From positions 1,860,001 to 1,924,000 of the forward strand of contig JBLDXI010000054.1 in the NCBI GenBank assembly GCA_047495785.1: a stretch of DNA of 64,000 nucleotides. Reading direction: 5' to 3'. The position numbers were made by a program, and so were the translations under genes. The stretch comes from Lepidodermella squamata. Its lineage: Eukaryota; Animalia; Gastrotricha. Under the pieces are notes generated by a model. That model had not been told where the DNA came from, made no database searches, and worked only from the letters and a program-made list of their open reading frames with translations. Shown one piece after another: positions 36,507 through 47,100 of this stretch; the stretch's first letter is position 1, and each line of letters opens with the position of its first letter.

Positions 36507-37148
36507 ATGAAATTTTCAATTTTACTTTTCTTGGTTATGTTGGTCCTCATCACTGTCGCTTCTGCCGACCGGGGGAAAGGCAGAGGCAATGGAAATGGCC
36601 GTGAAAATAGACATCAAGGCAATGGAATCAACAATCAAAATGAGGATAATGGAGGCGATTCGAATTCTCCCTCAAACGGCCGTGGAAATCAGAGTCGTGG
36701 TGCTGGAAATAGACCTTACAAGGCAGACAACGGTAAGAATAGGAAGAACAAATCAGGAAGCGGAGAAAGCAGCGTGAAGAGCGCCGAGCGGAAAGTGAAC
36801 CACGGACGCAGCAATGGACAAGGCAAAGGCAACTCTAGAAAAGGTCGCGGCGATGGATCCGGCAATGATATCAGTTCTAGCAGGAGTGGAGAGGAAAGCG
36901 CTAGAACCGCAACAATCAAGCCTGATGTTAGGAATCGCAGACCTTCAAACGAGCCACCGAGACGTCGCCAAAGTGAGGCCACGCGGCGAAGTGACGATGC
37001 AACCACTCCGAGTTGGCTGACCGATCCTGGTTTCGAAGAGCCAGAAACGAAAACGCGTCCGACACGCCCGCCACGCCGACCAACCACGCCAAATCAAACG
37101 ACAAGGGTATCTCTCGGCAATGCCAATGGCCGTGTCAACGGTCTTTAG
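36507..37148 (+). CDS. Secreted low-complexity Gly/Asn/Arg/Ser-rich basic protein (213 aa)
   Basis: Strong signal peptide MKFSILLFLVMLVLITVASA, no Cys, disordered-type composition. Confidence 0.75.
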   Translation: MKFSILLFLVMLVLITVASADRGKGRGNGNGRENRHQGNGINNQNEDNGGDSNSPSNGRGNQSRGAGNRPYKADNGKNRKNKSGSGESSVKSAERKVNHGRSNGQGKGNSRKGRGDGSGNDISSSRSGEESARTATIKPDVRNRRPSNEPPRRRQSEATRRSDDATTPSWLTDPGFEEPETKTRPTRPPRRPTTPNQTTRVSLGNANGRVNGL

Positions 37149-38514
37149 CAGCTGATGATTTTGAACACAACTTTATTGTAACTTGTGATTACGAATAACG
37201 TTCTCCGTTGTAACAGTGGAACAGGATCCTCGAACTATGGGGAATTTTCAGGCAAACTTTTTTACTTGTTGGTGGTTTCCACCTCGGGCTGCCGAACAGG
37301 GTCACTACGATACCCCTCATTCCCATCCGTACTTCGCGCCATGTCCGTCAATTAAAATCGTTTTATTTAGAAACTGTTTAGGATACCTTATATCTTTTCT
37401 GTCAGCCTAAGGTAATCCATTCTTGAAGGACGAAAAATATGTGAGACTTTGCCAGCGATTTCGGCCCTGTCTTCATCTTCAGTCGTTAAACGTAGTACAT
37501 AGATGGTTTCGCAATGATGAATATGTGCCGTCTATTTTCTTTTTAAATGACTAGATATGGATGAAACGGCCTACCACGTCTCGCTTGTTTTCCATATACA
37601 GATTGCGGACGTTGAATGTAGGAGTTTACACGAAATTGAACAGAAAATATGTCTATTTTCAGCCGACTAGAGAACGAGGAATTGATTTTTCAAGAGGGAA
37701 TGACGTCTAGCAACAGACATTGACAGAATAAATTAATTAGCGGCAAAATCTAATGGACGCCAAGGTCTCAGGTCTCAGACAGCGTTCCTGAATTTTTCTA
37801 AATACATAGGCTGTTTTCATAGGTCAAAGAGGACAACTCACAGATTTCAACACCATCAAATGCGAACTTCGTCGTGTTAGAAAGACGTCGTATATCACAA
37901 TTTCACCAATTAAATAACTGAAAACAACTGACAGTACGGGTAAGCACAGACAGACTTCAATAATAACATAATGTTATTCAAAGAAAAAGAATTCTTCTCT
38001 GAAAATTTAGTTGTAAGGGATAAAGATCGAGCACGAGATATCGCCATAGGCTATAAGATCTCAGGAAGTCACGTGTTAGCGTTATACCGAATTGTCTTGG
38101 CCTTGATTTTTGTACCGAGAATCCAGACATCCAGAATAAATGTTTTCATAAGCTTTTTGCTTTTAAGCTGCGTTGCCCGAAGGTTCAATTTGTTTAAAAT
38201 CGACTTTTCGTCTCCCCGTGAGTTCGACTTCATAATTCTTCGTCTTGAATTCGTTATAACGTTTTTCTTGTTTCAATACTTTCCCATTCCTATGTCCCAT
38301 ATCATTAGCTTGATTAGAACTGTCTGCAGGGATTCATTATATATTACTAATATGCATCATCTTGATAGAGCTCGGGCTAAACTTAACTCATCTGCGGCTG
38401 GAATTTCCGGCTGTAATTAGGTCGATTGAGCAAAAAGCACATATAATCAATGTACAGTGAATGCTTTTATCCTCAGTTTAGATAGCTCATCCTTAAACCG
38501 CAATTTTGACCGAA

Positions 38515-40968
38515 ATGAAACTCAATCCTTCACGGATCTTCTTGATACTGTTCACGCATCAAGTGTCTACTGCTTTGAAGCCGAACCGGTTGACCATACT
38601 TGGCTTACTTCCGCTGACCAACGTCGATCCAAACCAAACTGAAGCTACAATAGCAGCTGCTCAGTTGGTAATTGACGTGGTTAACAATCGGAGTGACATT
38701 CTACCATACTATCACCTCGATTTAGTGATCGAGGACGAGAATCAGGGTAATTCCGATGTTGCAAGATTAGTCGAATATACGAGATGGAAGGGCGAATATC
38801 GATCTCCACTGGTTGTCGGAATGGCATTTTCACACGGCTGTGGGTCAATGATCCCAGTGTTGAGCCACCTTAAAATGGTGGCCATTTCAACCTTTTGCCA
38901 GTCTCCGAATCTTTTTGACCCAGCAACCCGTCCTAATTTGTTTCTCACTCTGTCTACAACGAAAACAACAGCCCTCGCAATGCTGCGTTTCATGAGTGAG
39001 ATCGGAAATTGGTCGAGATTCGCCCTGTTAACTAACATTGAAAACGACGATGACTTCAGCACGGCTTATTACCTCCACAATCGAGCAATAGACTACAACT
39101 TCACGGTCCCTTGGTTCGCAGCTGTCACAGAAATAGATAGCGGAACTTTGGCTAGCCTGAGGCGTTCAGATCTGCGAATTATCGTCATTGCGTCTTCGAA
39201 TGCTTCATTCGTTTCTGAATTTATGTGTAAAGCTTTCAAAATCGGCATCACCGGGAAGCGATTTGTTTTTCTTGGCTTGATCGGAGGATTTACAACTGAT
39301 CACTCCGGTTACTGCTCTGAAGAAGCGATTGAAGAACAGCACAAGCAGTGGTATTTTTTCGGAAGGTAAGCTATTTACCGCGATAGTAAATTGTAATTAC
39401 AATAACTTCTTCTCAGCCGAACCAAACCGCTGAATGATTCTCAAATTGCTGAGTTTGATTTAACAAGCCGGGACTTTGAAGAAATGATATCTATGAAGCT
39501 CAATATTTCGAGAGATTTCTCAGACTCTTTTCTTCGTGGCTACGCTGTTTTCGACACTTTCGCCCGCGCTGTCATTGCACTGAATGACAGTGAGACCATA
39601 CTCAATGCCGAACATAAGCTCTCCCTATCGGACTACCTTAGCCGTCCTGATGTCATTTTCAAAGTTACGAAGCAGGCTGTATTAAGCTCCTCGATTCGAA
39701 GTGTGCGTGTTGGTGAGATTCACTACGACTACGCAAGCCAGCAGTTAAGCGGTGATATTCAAGCTGCAACACATTGGTCTCCTGAAGAGGGCATGCATAA
39801 TGTTGCTATGATTGGCCTTGGTGGGGATCGCAATGAACTTCACCTGGAGGACTATGAATTTGAAATTGTCGATGACGATATCGATTGGATATCAGGGACA
39901 CCACCAAAGCAGGAGCCTTCAATTTTCGTGAGCTACGTCGAATTCCCTTGGGGAGCTAGGATAGCTTCAATAGTCATCAACATGTTGATTTCAGTGGCTC
40001 AGCTGATCGCTCTAACTCTTGCGCTTACAAAGAAATTCCGAAATTCGAAGTATTTCAAATCTTCGAAAATAATTGGCATATTTGGATGCATCATACTCAA
40101 TTCATCCTCAATTTCGATTTCCTACATAGCATCCGGTGATACTTTCTCTCTTTCGATAGCACTAGTAAGCTTCGGAGCATCTCCAATCTATGGAATTGCA
40201 TCTTTCAGGCTTATAATGATCTACAAATTCGTTTTGAGTAGAACCAACTACTTCCAGAGATCGAGCAGCACAAAACAACGCTCGATTCCAAATAACAGCC
40301 CTGTTTCTAGAATCTTCAGTGATCGTGATTGGATCGCATTGGATAAAACTTCCTCCAAACTCACCGCAACATTCGTATTCCTGAACTTTATTCTGACCAT
40401 TGCTTGGTTGATAATAGCTGATAACGCTTGTATCTTGGAAATGAATGATCATGTTATCTACGATGAGGAGTTAGATAGGTTTGACGAGACCAGGTACTTG
40501 AGATGTGGCCCGAGTCCAATTTCAGCTTCTACTGCATGGATCCTTCTTGGAATTGTGGGCGGGATCAATCTGTCCTTACTTCTCGCTGGTTGTATGTCTA
40601 CATTCAATTTGAGGAATATTCATGGCGTGCCAGAGTCTTGTGTCGAGTTCGCTCCAAGCTCCGCGACTCATCTCAACGCTATTACAACATTTTGTGGCGT
40701 AGTATTAATAGTGCTGATATCGTCCTCTAATTCAGTCACTTGGATGCTAGCTTTGGTGTTCTCACTTCAATTTATATCTGTAACGACATCGATCGGTATG
40801 CTCTACCCTAATTTCAAGGAAGCTAAAACGACCGCTCTCACTGTTGGCGTCGCTCATGACTTGACAGTTTCGAATAGGGATCCTGTATTTCATTCATCAC
40901 TTTGGACTAAGGGAACGCGATCACGCAGCCATTCACTCCAAAATAACACCATTGGCCCGATAGCATGA
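38515..40968 (+). CDS. Class C GPCR, GABA-B-like (VFT + 7TM), 2 exons
   Basis: VNNRSDILPYY, RPNLFLT, NWSRFALL and AFKIGITGKRFVF. In-frame intron 39366-39416. Seven TM helices. Clear paralog of the 6783 gene. Confidence 0.92.
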
Positions 40969-41721
40969 GCGGGGAAAACTGAGATAGTTCAAAATTGCAA
41001 TTCACTCCAAACATTTCAAATAAACGTGCCAATCGTGCGATGAGTCAAGTTACACATTTTCATTATCAAAATATCTCAGACAGTCTCAGGTCGGCCTTTT
41101 GCACTTACAAGTGGTTTGAAGACCATTAGCAAAGTGAATGCGAGAAGAAGGTCTTCGGTCTGTAATTTACCACCAATAAGAATTCCTCTAATCTTCTCAA
41201 GGAATTCTCTAGATAACGTGACACGTTGATAGGAACGGATACCACGAAGCATACCAACAGCAATATTGCAAATAAGGTCAATGCAATGGTTCCAACCCAG
41301 CATACAGTCTGGTAGAGGGTTTTTTCTTAGATCATAGCAAGGCGGATATCTTTCATTGATATTGATCATTCGATGTCGCGAAAATCTAGTCGAATAGCAT
41401 TTTATGCGTTGTTTTGAATTTGAATCGTTTTGCACGACATGCGCGAAAATTACGCCTCTCGGCTAAACCTACCGTTGTTGCGGGGTACCTGGAACTATGC
41501 GGGGTAATGATGCTAACGTCTAGTTCGTAAACGTTAAAATAAGTTTATGTCAGACTCCGGAAAATTCCTTGTTTAATCAATTAAAAATTTACAAGATGTT
41601 CAAAAACCATCGAGGCGTGGCTTGTAAGAATTAGGATATTTCTTTCAGCTTTCAGCATCTTAAAGTTTACAGAGAAAGGCACAGAGAAAGGTTGCAGTTG
41701 ACACACAAGTCCTTATGTCAA

Positions 41722-43845
41722 TTAGTTTCCTTGCAATATAGCAGAATAGATATGAATAACAATAAACGCGCCAGTAGCGGCTATCGATGCCACAAAATCG
41801 ATGAACCGCAACGGTGTGAAATATCGCAGCCAAATTTTGGCTGGTTTGCTTTTGTGAAAAATCCAACTAGCCAACCAAATCGTTAGCAAATCATAGACTA
41901 CAACAGTCGCTGCGAACCATGTCACCATTTGCGTATAAGTGCATAGAACCGTTTGCATCGATTTCTTCGGGACTTGGCTCAAAACCTCGGTTTGAGACAC
42001 CGTTAGAGCTAGAACAATCGTAGCTGTAAAGGCAGACCGATCTGGGGCTGAGGGTGGGATGCAGAAGCTAGGCAAAACCAGTGAGGCTAAAACAGCGGTT
42101 GGCATGAAGAAATTTTGTATATAGTAATCAGGCCGCCGAGCCAAAGTCACATTGAAATTCACCCGAGAAACTTGATAGGCATTGAAAACTTGGGAATCAA
42201 TCACTTTCCCGGTTGAAATTAGTCGCCATTCATCTTGCGGTCTCATATCCTTCAAAAGCCAGGTGAAGAACGAAGGACTTGCGAAGGTTATTAGATCTTT
42301 CGACCTCTGAAGGGTGAAGCTAATGACACAAGTTTGAACATCAAAAGGAAATTTCTCGAGGTCAAGATCGCATTTCGATTCAAACAGTCCTTCACGCGTC
42401 CAGTAGAACGTGAAAGTTCGATTCTGTAGGGTGTTAGCGTTTTTCGAGTTCATCTTAACGAAAAAGTCCTCTCCAACTGGGACGTAATTCATGTAAATGT
42501 TAGCGTTAGCCTGAGAGATGAACCTCAACCTCGGCACCCAGACTTCACTGGGCGACAGGACTTGAACCTCTTCGAAATCCCGATCTGTTATGACGTCAGA
42601 CGAACTTGTCGGGCAGGTGTTGACAGACCACCACAACAGAGCGATGGCACTCACTGAGATCGATTCTTCAATGTTGTCTATCCCCATGAAACTCGTTACT
42701 TGAAAGGCGACATTGATCGGGAGAGGTGAAGACGTGAATGTAGGTGGAGCGACTCTTGTTGCGAGGAAATGGTCGCAAACTTTGGTGACACTCGTCGCAT
42801 TTTCAAGCAGTTCACTCCGCTGCGGGCCGATATCTGGAATAAGCGCTTGAATCCCTTTCTCTTGAAAAGCAGTTGAAATTTGGGGCGTCGTTAGTATCAT
42901 TGAACTTGGGGTTGTTGGTTTGTCTGTGACGAGCTTAGCAGTTGAAGTCTGCTTTGAGGTTGTTTTAGTTGAGACTTTCGTGGTCGAACTGCTTGCCGAA
43001 GTTGATGGCGATGACGACGATATAGCCTTTGTTGATGTAATTGAAGTTGTTGCTGTTGATGCGCTTGTTGAAGTACCAGAAGTGGTTGTAGTACTCGAAG
43101 TACTTGTTGAGGTTGTAGTCGTAATTGTTGATGTCATTATCGTATAAAGCTCTTGCCAATTAGCCCAGGTAGTGTAAAACCTAACATACGCAAGTTTACC
43201 ATTCCCGGGGAGCGAAAGCTTAGCAGACGACCCGATATAAATCGTGTCGAAGCCTGAAAGCGTAGGAAATGGCGACGCTTGGTTTGTGAATGTGAAAGCG
43301 TATGAGGTAAGGGATGCTGCTCCTGGATAGCCGGAATACATAAATAATTCGTAATTACTGTCATTGATCGTTTTGAGAACGACGCCGATAAAAGTCCAGC
43401 TCGAATCCGTTATTACGATGTTAGCATAGATGGGTGCGCTGCTAGTTTGAGTAGAATTGATGAAGACCGATTTATACGTGTAGTATACGTCTAGAAAGTT
43501 CACAAAGTTCAATATCCCAAAGTCGCTGGTCATACTCGACGGAGCCTTAATGAAAAAACAAATGGTGAAGTCTTTGGGAGCCACCGATTCCACGGTATAT
43601 GCAGCAATATACCCCAATCCTTGTGACAGCGTATGAGATCCCCCGGCTTGAGGCCCATCGCCTGATACAACTGGTACAACTGCGACGTTTGGTATACTCT
43701 TCGGCTTAAATGTATCCCCTGAAGCGAGGTAGCCGTAAAGACTCGCCGTTGAATTCAGTGGCCAGTATCCAACTAAAGATGCAGGATTTAAGGCGGCTTG
43801 GCTTTGGTGAATGGAAACTGTCAGCAGAAGGGCTAGCAAGAACAT
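41722..43845 (-). CDS. Intact Cys-loop channel subunit with N-terminal LamG/pentraxin-like domain and Ser/Thr stalk (707 aa, intronless)
   Basis: Signal peptide; LVGYWPLN..DFTICFFIK..SWTFIGVV..IYIGS..GKLAYVRFY; about 85-aa T/S stalk; WVPRL; Cys-loop CDLDLEKFPFDVQTC; RRPDYY; four TMs. Confidence 0.95.
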   Translation of the reverse strand: MFLLALLLTVSIHQSQAALNPASLVGYWPLNSTASLYGYLASGDTFKPKSIPNVAVVPVVSGDGPQAGGSHTLSQGLGYIAAYTVESVAPKDFTICFFIKAPSSMTSDFGILNFVNFLDVYYTYKSVFINSTQTSSAPIYANIVITDSSWTFIGVVLKTINDSNYELFMYSGYPGAASLTSYAFTFTNQASPFPTLSGFDTIYIGSSAKLSLPGNGKLAYVRFYTTWANWQELYTIMTSTITTTTSTSTSSTTTTSGTSTSASTATTSITSTKAISSSSPSTSASSSTTKVSTKTTSKQTSTAKLVTDKPTTPSSMILTTPQISTAFQEKGIQALIPDIGPQRSELLENATSVTKVCDHFLATRVAPPTFTSSPLPINVAFQVTSFMGIDNIEESISVSAIALLWWSVNTCPTSSSDVITDRDFEEVQVLSPSEVWVPRLRFISQANANIYMNYVPVGEDFFVKMNSKNANTLQNRTFTFYWTREGLFESKCDLDLEKFPFDVQTCVISFTLQRSKDLITFASPSFFTWLLKDMRPQDEWRLISTGKVIDSQVFNAYQVSRVNFNVTLARRPDYYIQNFFMPTAVLASLVLPSFCIPPSAPDRSAFTATIVLALTVSQTEVLSQVPKKSMQTVLCTYTQMVTWFAATVVVYDLLTIWLASWIFHKSKPAKIWLRYFTPLRFIDFVASIAATGAFIVIHIYSAILQGN

Positions 43846-44182
43846 TTTTCATTGAAATCGAAGAAAATTCTTTCCTAAATTCCATCAGACTCGCTTCTCT
43901 TGTGTTTGCATTCAATTTTTAAGCTTCTTCTGATTTTGAATAAATATTTGGAAATATCTAAAGTTACCATCAACTTACCTTGTATGCCTATCAAGGTGTC
44001 GGGGTCTGCTTCAACATACTAAATTTAGTATGTTCGATAATTGCAATTAGACGCAATTCTCGAGAGAAAACGGAAGCTAGTCAATAAGGACCACTTCTTG
44101 TTGCCTGGTTGCTAAAGATATCCGGACAGGGCGTGAGGTTAGAAATAAATCAGAAAAAACGATTTCAGTATTAATTAATAAT

Positions 44183-47100
44183 ATGGAATTAGACATAGGC
44201 GGGGACGCCCCACCTGGTTACTCGAAATTGATATGGATGGCCAAGAAACATCATTGGCCAGCGGTTGAGACCGCAATTTTATTCCTGCGGAAGTCGCGTA
44301 ATTTTACTGACCTAATGGGTCGAGATAAGGTAGCACTTGTTTCATTGTTTCATTGTTTCATCAATTTTTTGAAAATACTTCCATTCAGGATAATGGAATG
44401 AACTTGATGATGATGAGTTGCCGAGATAACAGGCGCCAAGTTTTCGAAGCGCTCATTGAATTCGGCTTCAGCATCCACGAACGTTCAAGCGATGGAAGAA
44501 CAGCTTTACATTACGCCGCTTCTAGCACAGCAGACATCATAGTAGAGAAACTAATATTCCTCGGGGCTGATCCAATGATTGTAGGCGGGGTGAGTTTATG
44601 ATATTTAAGGAAGAAATCTTCTCATCATTCATCATTCAGCCTGATGCACAACTCGCACTTCATATCGCATGCCAGCGGCCTTCCTCGGCCCTGATAATGG
44701 CGAAGCATATGCTGAAGAAAATGCCTTCGAATGGCCGCTTGATCAATGACGGTCTAGGAAATATACCTATCACCTACGCTGTCGAGACTGGCAATGACGT
44801 TTTAGTTCGAGAAATGTTGCAGGAAGCCCCTGTTCAGCAGGGTAGGGAATGGCGCCACAAAGACACCAAAAACAGCCTGGTAAGCATGAATTTTAGATTT
44901 CCGCCTTGCCTCAACGCGAAATTTCTAGTTACACTTGGCGACAATTAAAGGAGATGCGAAAGTGGCGCAGACGTTGATAGACCTTGGCAAGGCAGATCTT
45001 GATGCTCAGAATCGATCAGGCCAGACACCGCTGCACATAGCGGCTGGTAACAGGGACGAGAAAATGATACGGCTATTCTGTCACTATAAGCTCAACTCGA
45101 ATATTCAAGATAAACATGGCGAAACGGCACTGCATTTCGCTGTTCGAGCTGGGAGCTACAACATTGTTGTCATGATTGCTGATCAAATGAAAGGCGACGT
45201 CCAAATAAGGAAGGCGGACGGCTGTACATTGGTAAACATTGATTCCTCTCATACTGCTTCTTAGGCAGAATGGGTCATAAATCACCCTTAAGATCGTTTT
45301 TTATCGCAGATGCATATGGCCGCTGAATTCGGCCATGGAGACTGTGTTGAAGCCCTTTGTGATCGAGATGTACCCCTCCACATGCCTAACAAACAAGGCA
45401 TCCTGTCCCTCCACCTCGCTGCTTTGAACGGCTTCCCTAAGGTTGCGCAAGTCCTCATCGATAAAGGAGCTCCGATAAATGCTCGAACTAAGGAGCGATA
45501 CACTCCAATGCATTTGGCTGTCCTCCACAATCGACCTGAGGTTATTCAGTTGCTGATGGGCTGCGGGGCGAATGTCGCAGTTCAGGGCGGTCCAGCCGGG
45601 GAGTTGCCTCTTCACATCGCTGCGAGAATGAATGCTGTAGAATGTGCGAAAATGTTGCTGCTAACTGGGGCTAAGGTCAACGCTCCGACTGGCAATGAAC
45701 TCGAAACTGCCCTCCACATCGCAGCAAGGAAGGGTTACATGCGACTTGCCAGCCTGTTATTGGAGGAAGGTGCTGATGTTCAGTTGGTGTCGAAATCAGG
45801 CGAGTCAGCACTTCACGTCGCGGTCAGGCATTCGCATTATCAACTGGTCAAGCTTATTATAAACCATGTGAAGAAGCAGATTTCGAAAAAGGATGCGAAC
45901 AAATTGGTTAACATTCAATCTGTTGAAGGCGAAACAGTACTGCATTTGGCATGCGGACTTCGTCCAAACACTCTTCACTACCCGCTTGAGGATGTTGACA
46001 TAGCGAATGTCCTTTTGAAAACTGGGGCGGATCCTACTTTGCCCACTAGATTCGTAAGAGATCAGAACTTCAAGGAATTCTGCCTAATTTCGATTTTTTT
46101 CAGACATCTGAGTATCCCTTGCATTACTGCGCTAGGGTTGGCAATCTAAACGTTGCTATGGAGCTCGCAAGACATATGGATCTCAACTTTCCTCCACTGG
46201 CGAACAGGCAAGCTAAAAACGGCTGGTCTCCTGTATTGACAGCTTGCTTCCATGGCCACACTGATGTTCTCGAATTTCTAAGTAACATCTGAAACTGTCA
46301 TTTGAAAGCTAATTATTTCTTAATTTTTAGCTAAACATAATGCTCGAGTTGATATTTTTGATGAACAAGGTTTTTCGGCTCTTCACCTTGCGGCAGGTAA
46401 CGGTTTCAAGGACTGCTGCGAACTTTTGATAAAGAAAAGGGCGTTCGTAAACATTAAAACCAAATCAAGCATTACACCGCTGCATTTGGCAGGTAAAATA
46501 GCCTCATCAAAACATAATCTACCTTAAAAACTAATTTTTTAAGCTGCCAATGGTTTTCGGGATGTGGTTCATATGCTTGTCAGCAAATATGGAGCGTCCC
46601 ACGACTTTACGAATTTGGAGAAGAAAACTCCGCTACATCTGGCTGCCGAAAATGGTCATCAAGCTGTTGCAAAAGCCCTCATTGATCTCAAGGCAAACGT
46701 TAACGCAGTTGATGGGGTAACGTTTTCATGCTCATGACTTGAATACACCTAACATTTTGTTCAATCTTTAAAGCTCGGTCAAAATCCTTTGCACCTTGCA
46801 GGTTGGTTGAGGGCTGATTAATTAGTGAGTCCACACTCGTTTTTTTTCTAGCGGAGTGCGACCATCCGGAAGTTGTTCAAATGTTTCTCAAGACGTTTCC
46901 TGAATTAGTCTACACCGCGAATGACGATGGCATGACGTGCGCTCACATCGCAGCAGGTTCGATTGATTTTTCAGAATTATAATTAATTGAACATCTCGAG
47001 CATTTAGCCAAGGGTTCCGTTGCGGTCATCAAGGAACTCATGCGATTCAATAAGAGCATAGTGGTCAGTGCGAAGAATAAAACTACTGGATCACTGCCTC

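Noticed and set aside
37971-38420. 149-aa ORF upstream of the class C GPCR
   Set aside because: AT-rich Phe/Ile composition with no motifs, likely spurious.
41076-41435. 119-aa minus-strand ORF between the GPCR and the channel
   Set aside because: Non-ATG start, no recognisable domain, and competing frames are equally plausible.
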